A DNA stretch of 54,569 nucleotides, filler included, from Catajapyx aquilonaris (taxonomy: Eukaryota): the NCBI GenBank assembly GCA_000934665.2. It is 2 parts of 2 records of this genome, joined end to end, with 100 filler letters (N's around TTAATTAATTAA, not from the genome) between each part and the next. Parts side by side here need not be neighbours in the genome. Positions count along the whole stretch, not along the records: positions 27,309 to 54,569 come from JYFJ02005091.1; 1 more part is not named here. One strand, 5' to 3'. The notes under the pieces are model-generated. The model was given only the letters and a program-made list of their open reading frames with translations. It was not told where the DNA came from and made no database searches. Numbering within the stretch: the stretch's first letter is position 1; every line of letters begins with the position of its first letter. The position numbers were made by a program, and so were the translations under genes. This document shows positions 44,901-54,569 of the stretch, piece by piece.

Positions 44901-47900
44901 GTATCCCTTCACCATGCTGTCGGGAAACTTGGACCTCCACCACACATACACCCTGTTGACAAAAACACACTTAAGTCAGATCCAATGTCAGATGCTACTG
45001 AACACCAACAACCATTCTCAAAATTAGGTCATATAATCCTAACAGACTGGTTGGCAGGGCATTTTGTCACATTCACACATTAAATCTCTGTGACGCAGAG
45101 ATGATGTTGCTGTGTTACATTGTCACATGTTTGTGTATGTGTTAACTTGCACTTTTACTTTTGGTACAACATTGTCAGGGCATTACAAGAGCCTGGGACA
45201 ACACACACTATACTTATGTCACGTCCTCACACTTGTACTTTGTACTTGTACCTGCACTTGTACAGTATTGTACTAGTGAAAGCTAACTAAAAAGTTGTAC
45301 TGCATGGTATGCAATGTACATATTACATGTTACATGTACTCTAATATTAGACTTGCTACAGGCTCCATGTACTGTAATGTGGCTAATTAATTAATTAATA
45401 ATTAATGTGCACTGTACTTGTGTAGGTAATGGAATTATGCACTGGTGGCTTCCTGTCAATGGTACATTAAACACCCTGCAATTATTTCGAAAATGTACCC
45501 AAAAATGCCATTAACATGCTCCTTCTGCTGCTTACACTGAAAATATACAAGAGCATGTTAGAAAATGCCTCAGGTTGAAAGAATATATCCAAATTGACAA
45601 TATGACTAGATGCTTTTACTACAGAGCTGCAGTGACACATTGGCACCCTGGTACTGCCCCCCCCCCCCTCCCCCATTATTCAGATGTGGTGAACACTTCA
45701 CGAGCATTGCCATGACCAAGATCAAAACAGACAAACACTCCACTTGATCCTTTTGAGCACTGGAGGGTATTTACGAAGCAAGCGTAACACTCCTCCATCC
45801 TCCATGAAATAAGCCACGATTCATTAGGCTAATGAGGTTTGAGGCTGAAAGGCAGTGGCGAGGAAGAGGACAGGCCACCATCCTCGCGGCCAAAGTCACC
45901 CTACCCCTCTCTCCCATCGTCCCCTTGCCCCTCCATCCAAACTACCGTTATTCTCATTTTTAGACCGAGGAGGAGCCAACAGACTTTCCACCCAGACAAC
46001 ACTGGAATCTACAAAGTCCAGGCACGCCACAGCTTTTTCGTGTGCGTGTGTCCAAAAGACCGGTTGGAAAACGCCGCCTGTCCGCTAAGCAATCTAGTTT
46101 CGCAACAATTAGCGGCCGTGAACCGAGGTCAATCTTCATATGCACTGTACAGTACATCCCAGATATAAATAGAAGAACCTAGAAAGTGTGTGGGCCAGTC
46201 CCGCATGAATAATTCATAATTGGCCTAGATTGCGACTGAATCCCTAAAAATATGTCTGGACTCCTTGCCGCCGCCGCTAGCAATTGGCCAAAGACACGCT
46301 CCAGATTCGCCAGGTCAGGTGACGCAGTGTGACCGCAACCTGCATCTTCCCCTTGAAAAGACCCAGACAGAGCGTCACCCCAGCTGGGTCACAAACGCGG
46401 GCTGGGGGAGGCCAAAACCGAGGCCAGTGGCCAGCACTCCCCTCCCCTCCCCTCCAACCAATCGATCGTCGGCCGACGCCGCCGACGCTGCCGACAACCC
46501 AGCGTTGCCACATCTGACGGCGACACACCCTTCAAGCAAATCGATGCCATTCATGCCGGGGGTTTGACCCGGGTTCAAAATGTGGCCCACAACGTCTGCT
46601 CGAAAATCAATCCGTAGCGTGCTGTCATGCAACCCTCAATTTTCTATGGGGGAGCAGTACCGGCGACCAGGCGCCACATACGACGCGCCTAATTGTCCTG
46701 CAAAAGTCTGCGAACAACAACCGGCCCATGCAAGAACTCAACGCGGCGTGTCCCCTGACGGCTATCTGGGCCATGCGAGAATCACCAAATGCTCTTCCCT
46801 TAAAAACGGGGCTTGCCATGCATAATGAAGAGGGAAACTGCCAGGCATTAAGAATCAATCGTGAATTTTCGCGTGGGAGAGCTAGAGAGAGTGGAGGGTA
46901 AAATCCAGTCCCCCCNCCCCCCCCCCCCCCCCCCTGGAGGCAGTTTCCTTCCACGCATGCACCTCGTCCAGCATCCCATTCGATGGATCAATGCGACGGA
47001 TGTGCAGCACCAGCCCGGGCCTGCTGGAAAATCCAGCCTCTCTCTCTCTCTCTCTTCCCCAAGACATATGCTCAACAAAAAACAGAGATCCGTATCTGCA
47101 CAGTGTTGATCGACACAGAGCATTGTAAATCAAGCCAACTATTTTTGGGGTCCGACTTACGGGAAATGAAGCGTAACCTGCATATCGTTACGACGAGTAT
47201 TTTTAAAGCGCGTGCCTGCGAGTCTGCGGGGGGAGACCTGTGCGAGAAGCGTCAATCCCCGTGCCCTGCCTGTTTATTAGCCTTCACGCCCCTGCTGATT
47301 GCTTACATTTGTAGTATTCCTGCTGACTAGTGTAAATAGGCCTACCCACACCGGCCACCTCCTGGCTCTTGCGTCATCTGGCCGCACGCACAATGCGCTT
47401 GCACCGTGACAAACGACATGCTAACAGGACACATCCACCAACCAACAGGTATAATAACAAAAGTTTTTTCTAAAAATAAATCGCATAGTGGCCCCAAGTC
47501 AGCAGCCTGAAGAAATGTCCTATAAACACAATTTTCGTCGGCAGTGTCCCTTTGTTGTGGACCTACCCGATATTAGCTTCCTATTAATCATGCAGGGCTG
47601 ATGATCCTCAAGTATCCGAACGCAGAAACGCCCCCAAATGGCATTGTCAGAAACGGCTGACGTATCCCCCACCGTACCTTGCCGGAAAAGGGCAATAAAA
47701 CAGCGGTAATTACAAAACGTGTCTGGGTGGGAGTGTACATGTAAATAATTAATAAAGCAGCATTGTGGCCCCGTTCATCAGCATTCATCGCGCGGACGAG
47801 CCAACGCGATGACGACATCTGTTAGCCACTGTGACCTCCGCAGTCTTCCATGATGCGATGCAAAACCATTTTGAAAGCAAACGGGCCATGTGACACCTTC

Positions 47901-50900
47901 ACCGGGTCATGGACCTCTTTCCGCGAATTTCTCCGCCGGTATCTCTGGCAGGATGGGGGTGCGCGTGTATACGTCGCGTCGGTGCGTGCGAGCGCGTGCG
48001 TCGCCCCTTCTTTGTCCACACTTTATCACCAGGCCGTTTGTCACCAGCCTGCAGTCATTCATTTCGCGACTTCCTTTTCGCAACTCATCGTCCTATAAGC
48101 TAAGCTTAGTCACGCGCGTAGATTGTGTCATAACCACAGCAATCAGTTACATTCGTGCAACTTGACATTATCACCACGAGTTTCCGGGGCGGGTGAGAAA
48201 CAATTCGTGTAGAAATTACGCAATATTGGCTCCATGGGACCATCAATTCTGCATGAAACTAGATTTTCACCAAGGATTTATGATTCAGATTGACGCACAC
48301 GTGTTCAGTACAGTACTGTACTACAGTATATCGCTCAAAAAGATGAGACGATTTTGCATTGAAACCAAATGCACAATCGCCTCAATTTTTTGAGCCATAT
48401 AGCCTATACGGTACACCAGTTTTCCCAATGACTCGAGAGAAACTTATCCTGGGAAGCATTCCCCAACGCTCACGACTGATTACCTTGTTGCATACCTGGT
48501 TAGGATAAGCAAAGGTTACGAGCTGCAAAGTGGATGGCACACCTTCACAAGTGTTTACAACCTATTTTCGCCCAGGCCTGCACAATCGGTCGTCTCGTAA
48601 TCTCATAACGGTTTGTGTCTTTGGGTTCTTCCGGTGCCAAGAAGCCAGGGGTCAAGGGGGAACGGGCATAAACTTGACAGAATGTGACGTTATCATCCAT
48701 TAAGCCTGGAGCTGCCGAGACTTCTGCACTAATCAAGGTCGCCAGGACGTTTTTAAGACCGGCAATAAAAGGCAGCCAGCGAGACCAGAGTTGGACAAAA
48801 TTCCCGATAAATCAGCCGCGTTCCCACGCATCGTGTCCATCTCGGGTGTCCTTGGAGGCAGTTGGGGACCTGCTCGGATGATGTGAGAAGGGCAAGAGGG
48901 CATCGGATCGACACACAGGTGGTAATGAGACAGGAAGCCAGCAAGGGCACTCCCAGCTCCAGGAAACAATCTGCCTCAGTGGACTTCCGTAAAGGTGTGA
49001 GTCCTTGTCCTTGGTTCCGCTGGCTTACGGGCACGCAACATTATCAAAAAACAAAGTTTTTTTTTTTAAACCAACACATGGACAACTTACGTGGTATCCC
49101 CACCCCATGCCCGAAATTCCTCTGGAGCGCGTGAGGGAGGAAGATGGCAGTGTAACCTTGGTCAACATTAACCCTGCCTTATTAAAGGATGGGGTGCGGG
49201 GTCGAGGGTCGGGGACATCTCCAACCCCACCCCAGGGGCCTCTCCCTGCACTGTAAATAGTCCTATATTAATGACCACATGTCCCCTAAGCCCTCCCAAG
49301 TACCGGGTGTGCCACAATGACCGTGCCAAAGTACAGTTAGTTTCGCAGCTGCAGCATAGATCATGTACAGTGTCAATGAGAGCGGCTCAGGTGTCACCTT
49401 CACGGCCACCCAGCAGGCATGTGGGAAGGAGGCCCACCCTGTAAATCGGTCACTAACCCTCAATGATATTCGCATACTACTGTGGATCGATTAACGAACA
49501 TACATTTCCTCTTTAACTCAAGTTGTAACAAGTGGCAATGATTTTGTATTCTTAAATAATGCGGTCATTTTTAACAGTCACACATACTCGCAGGAATTTT
49601 ATCATTTTCCAAATGAAGCCCGAATGTGTTGTTCACCGCATATGGCATCCATATTTCAATCATTTCAAACATTAGTGGGTTCAGCTATTTCCCTCTGAGA
49701 CCATTAATGCACTAGTATTTCAGGCCGAACAACATAAAGCCAACAAAGACGCCCACACAATGTCCCACTTGCCCCGTAGCAATTTAATTTCATTAAAAGG
49801 CAAGTTCCGAGAGTCTGCTTCACAAGCGGCTGATCTCTCACGATTACTTACACTTTCTCACCACATCCAAGTTCAAGCAGCGTAAGCAGCTCAAAAGTAA
49901 ACAAAAGAGGGTGAGAATACTGGAACACCTTCATCATGGCACGTAAATCCACTTGGAGAACGCCAATTAAAGCTTGACATATACATTTTCCAGTAGTGTG
50001 CTGTAATGTGCTTCTGGTGATCACGACGGAATCGAGTCTTCCTGTATACTATAGCGCCAATCTATTTATCCAAGTAACTAGTGCACTGGCCTAGATCCGA
50101 TGTAGAGCCACTTCGTTAGTCCAAAATTTCACAATAAATCATACGTTTCACCCTTTTGTGACGGCTTCATTTCCCTTTTATCCCCTTGGTATAGAGACCG
50201 GTAGCTCTGACCCAGTTTCTTGCCCGTACATTCCGCTAATTTTATAGACGTTCACAGGTACCGCACAGCCCCTCGGGTGACCCTAATATTTAAAACCCTG
50301 ATTACTTCCTCGCCACGTTGAGATATCTCCAGTGGATACAAAATTTAATTTAACCTCCGTTCCTGGAAGTGCAACTTCCTCACTTTGGGGCATGACGCAT
50401 ACATTCCAGCGGATAAAACCTCCCTCGCGCATACAACCTATATCTGCTGTGTCCTCAGTGCATTTGAGTCAACCTTTCAAACAAACGCAGCTGAATATCT
50501 AAGCAGGCGAATCTGTGCCAAGCATCAGGCGGAGTCCAAGGTTTCTCCAGCCACATGTCACCTAAATCATTTTATTTACTCCTTTTATTTACCTGCCACA
50601 TCATCCAAGGCAAGCTTGCACAACCCAAGCCATGCATTGCTCTGGTCCAAATCGCGACCACTGCGGAAACGACCCAGTTAAATAAAATGGCCACTTGGAT
50701 GGAGAGATGGTGTAATGAGTAAATTCTAGCCCCGGGCCTGCCCTTGAAATCCCTGCGGTGGGATTTTGCATCCGCTGCGCCGGATATGAGAAAATTACTC
50801 CTACTCACCCGCCAAATGACTGACTGCTCAACCCCAACACTACTAAGCATGACTCCTCAATTACATGCCAGCGTTCATCCGCTCCAATGGAATGTCGGAC

Positions 50901-51934
50901 ACGGCTTTTGCAAATTTTTTCTACCCTCCACCCATCACAACCGTTATTCACTTGTTCCGTACCCGTCTCAGAATAGAGAGAGAGAAAAAATTTCCGCCGA
51001 CCATAAAATCGAAACATCCTCTTTAGATATTCCTGGCATTCACCGCAACCCATTGCAGTCATGGGAAGTACATTATAATTTCCTGCAAGGATCAATCGGG
51101 CTGAAGAAATAAGTTTTTTCCCCTCCTTGAAATTTATGGGGTGAGCATCCAATCTTGATCAGTCTCCCGGCGCACAAAATAGCCCGTGAAAAGTCGCGTT
51201 TCATTACGTCTTGTTGGCACAACCGGCCAACAATTTCCCTCCCATTGATCAAAGTGACCCTTGCACGACCGCGTACTGACAAACTCCCTAATCTTGCAGG
51301 AACCAAATGGGAAGAACCAGTTGAGTCAACAGCCCAGATGTGGATCCAGCTATCTCTCCTGGCCCTTTTTATCCCCCACACTTCCTGTGACCTTTGAGCG
51401 ACGCCTTTCGTGTCACACCCCGTCAAATGTACTCCTAGTAACCCGTCAACATATCAATCCATTTCAACGCTCTGTTTTCTCGACTAAAGATGCTTCATGC
51501 ACCAGATTCTTCCCACGTGCTAATTATTGGGAATGTTCACCGCCCGATTATTATCATTCGTGAGAAATGGATACTCTGAGACGAAGATCGTGCTTGGACA
51601 TATTCTTTCAGCATAACCCATTTTCTAAATGACAAGCAATGTGAAAGCTGCACAAGGAATGCGAAAAATGCTGTATTTATTATTTCAGGCCAGTTCATTT
51701 GCAAAGTGCTAATTCTATCCCGCGGACTCACCAGCAAAGGTGGTTCTCGATCATGGTGATCATGGCATGGGAGACGTTCTTCTGGTCGTCGGTGAGTGAA
51801 GCATCAAGGTCAATTGCGTGGCGTTGTCCGAGTTCCCTCAGGATGAAGGTGCTGTCCGCAATCTCCTCTCCGTTGAGCTCCACGAAGGGCAACTGGCCCT
51901 TCTTGGACCGAAACTTCATTTTGTGGTCCACATT
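41924..51934 (-). CDS. fax: Failed axon connections homolog (metaxin/GST-fold), last six exons: 51934-51732, 44952-44817, 44743-44606, 43968-43838, 43774-43657, 42031-41924. Upstream exons lie beyond the right edge
   Basis: NVDHKMKFRSKKGQLPFVELNGEEIADS, HAMITMIENHL, KVKAHGLGVHKPEEI, LADKPFFFGDEPATLDVVAFANLAQ, CFPDWDEM...LDLNTHLPKP and an E/K-rich tail. Phases are consistent. Confidence 0.95.
42183..42473 (-). mobile_element. tRNA-derived SINE with a V-domain-like core and (TTA)n tail
   Basis: Minus strand reads GGGCGACACGG-TGGCCGAGGGG (A box)...GAGTTCGATCCC (B box), then GTTCTCTCTGTGTTCGCGTGGGTTTTCTCGGGGTTCTCCCGTTTCCTCCCAC. Flanks share gttgtca. Confidence 0.88.
42584..43540. mobile_element. 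Long palindromic foldback element interrupted by MITE A copy 5, in the last fax intron
   Basis: Perfect palindromic centre gttccatgcttctggccagaagcatggaac (~43276-43305). Arms match outward (agccaatcggaatgagtgccaat / attggcactcattctgattggct; ctaaagtc / gactttag). Confidence 0.85.
42744..43187. mobile_element. Palindromic MITE family A, copy 5 (longer variant)
   Basis: CAGGGAG...CTCCCTG termini with a perfect 7-bp TSD gcgtagt. Confidence 0.92.
44097..44354. mobile_element. Tc1/mariner-type MITE in a fax intron
   Basis: TA-CAGGGTGTTCCAAGTATTTGGGTCACTTCTTGATA ... TATCAAGAAGTGACCCAAATACTTGGAACAGCCTG-TA, with ~110-bp inverted arms. Confidence 0.88.
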
Positions 51935-54569
51935 CTGCAAGGAAGAAAACATTGCCAGGACCTTTTTTTTAACTCATTCTATTGACAATTACAGGGTGAG
52001 TCAGAGCAGACATTTGGAGGTTTTCTCCCCATTTCCCACACTGCAGGATTGCTCCCGTCCTGTTTTCCCCTCTCTAGAACCAACCAACGTCGGAGCAAAT
52101 GAAACCCAGAAATCAATACGGTAGATAGGGCTACAGTATGCCGGCTGCTTCCAAAGGTCTTTGGCCTCCTAAGCTGCTTAACCAACCACCAATCTCTCGT
52201 CAGAATTAATTTTATGCCGCAGCTGATAAAATTTATTATATTTCTGCTACTGGAGTGGGACCACAGGATTGCATCACCGTTGGGTGCAAGGGTTGATGTG
52301 TCACCCAACTCTTGAAACCCAATCTGGTCTGTCCCATGGCCTTCGACAGGGCAGATATGTACATTGCCATACGTTGGTCAAAGGTCGGCCACCACCGGTC
52401 AAGCAGGGCGTGTGAAGACTACCGTTGGAATCGACCCACGACTTCAACGGACCAGATAAGGCAGAAAGTTGAGCCTCTGGGTTGCATGGGGTGATTTCGC
52501 AATTTTAGATTCACTTGGTCATCCGACGCTAATAATGGTTTAAAGACCGAGAAACGCTGCCCTACTTATGGAGTCTGCCATATATACTTGCACTGCAATT
52601 CTGAACATGCGAAACTCAAATTAGGAGGATGATCTAGTGCTGCATGCTGGTGATGGTCTGAAGGTCACGTTTGTAATAACTTGTAATATTAAACAACTCA
52701 GCCTTAAAGTTAGCCGTATCAATCTTATGTACTCTTGCCTCAGTTCACCAAAACTAGTGCAGTATTATGCATTACACGCAGAGATACCGGTATATCCAAA
52801 CTTTCAGGAGTTGCTGTAATCCCCATTCTCCCCCACAGCATATTCAAGAAATACATTGTAGGTGTTATTTCCACAAACTTTAGTCGGGTTTTTCGTTCCG
52901 GCTGTTAGGTTACTGGTAGCAGCGTGCTTGTTAGCAGGATTCGTTCCATTGCACAAATCCCGGTGGCAGAAGGCCGAAAAGTCCACCCCTATAGCCCTTT
53001 AAAGGGGGCACCGAAATCGATTGACCCAAAATCATTAGTTGAAGCTACCAGTCAAATACCCAGCTGTAAAAATCAGAACAGCGCCTACATTATTATTCCT
53101 CTTTGGTTGACAGTCGCGGCTAGATCTCAAACACATTCCCATGCCTGACATTAACTAGTGCATCCTCCCCCTGCAGTTCCCCTCAATCAATCCCCTTGTC
53201 AAAAAAAAATGAAGCCACTTTTTTTTTTTGTCCCTTCACTAATACAAGACACCCCCTCGCCTCGACTTCCTCCTGGATGCTTATCATACACGTGCAGGCA
53301 GCCAGAAATGGCGGTCTCGAGTTATTTGCACACATCCCATATAACCACCGGTGATTCATCGATCCGGGAGACCTTTCACACAAATGTCCCCTGAATCACT
53401 CAGTGGATTGACGACGACCGAGAGTGTACAAGCTCGCGAGAAGCCAATTCGTCCGCTCGAATTCGCGAGATTGTGAGGATGTGAGCACACCTTTATAGGA
53501 ATTACAAGTCTGGCAGGAAACCTTGTGGGGGTCTGACAGGCTCGTATGGGATGCGACGTTCCTATGTACGGGAATGCGAATCCCAATTCTTCGCATCTAC
53601 TCTTGCGTGAAGCGTGAAGGACCTACTCCACCACCACCATTACCATAAAACCCAGCCTTTTCCCGCAGACTGGGCATTATTCCGCTGTGCTTCCTGCTCG
53701 CCAATAATAACAATAAAAGAAATCTTCGGGATTTTTTTTGGCGAGGCAAGCCTGTCATGGAGATGGCGACCGATGTTTGTCCGAGTGTGTCAAACTTTGC
53801 GGTTGATTCCTTCAGAGATTCATCACGCAGACCTTATGCAACAGTGGGTGTGTATCGAAAGAAATACGAATATGTTACGCATACCATCATTCAAGGTGAC
53901 AGCACAGGAGCTGCAATGCTTTTGGGCTTATGCTAATAGCTTCATTCGCGAGAGATTTTTTTTAAAGGGGGGGGGATGTTATGCTCTGCAGGTTTCCCCG
54001 ACCTTCTCCAACCCGCCAAGCACCTATCCATCACTTTTTGCATGGTGTCTGGTTTCCGATTTCGGGTTATTCACACACGTGCTCCATGACTGGAATGTAG
54101 GTCTGAGGAGTCGGGAACAAAATTCAGGTAGCCTTTACAAATAAAATAAAATGCATATACTGTATATCTGGTACGTACACGTAACGTTCGTATTAAAAAA
54201 GTTACAATAGATGATGCCAGAGTTTTTTCCAGATTTCTTATAACTTTGGCACAGTATCAAAATTACAAGACTTTCTTTAAAGTTGCTGTCATTCCGCGTC
54301 ATGGTATTGGCCCAAGCTATACAGCCCATCATAGGGTCTTTTAAAAATTGATCGATCATACATCATAAAAGCTAACACATGAAATGGCTGGTATAGCATC
54401 AGTGGTGATTGATCGTGATCCGTAACAGTTTAGAAAACTGGGTATATACCAAGTGTTCGAGTGAAGAGTTAATACACTCAAAAAAAGGATATGGCTGTGA
54501 CAGCAAATAATTTTTAGCAACCGCATTTTAGCTGTCCCAGATGCAAGTTCAGCTGGAGCAGGCATGTAG

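Noticed and set aside
45000..54569. Many short overlapping ORFs in the large fax introns
   Set aside because: No domain signatures; this number is expected by chance in moderately GC-rich intron. Only 51732-51934 is a supported exon.

Overview
This is intron-rich invertebrate DNA, most likely arthropod, split by a 100-bp assembly gap at 27209-27308. Left of the gap is a tight minus-strand tandem array of four secreted C-type-lectin genes. Three are complete and resemble insect ModSP/HP14 initiator proteases (LDLa, Sushi, Wonton-like domain, serine protease), but each has six C-type lectin domains inserted before the protease module and a furin-type site after a single LDLa. Two have an intact His/Asp/Ser triad; one is a pseudo-protease (Asp>Asn, Ser>Glu). 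Two tandem divergent ionotropic receptor genes follow. Right of the gap are the 3' end of an LRR gene, a 7-exon cGAS-like receptor (Mab-21 nucleotidyltransferase) with intact catalytic motifs and an internally deleted hAT element in an intron, and the 3' exons of failed axon connections (fax). Introns carry many non-autonomous elements: five copies of a palindromic MITE with 7-bp TSDs, a V-SINE, Tc1/mariner- and CACTA-like MITEs, and nested foldbacks. All exon boundaries were read by eye and no database searches were run.
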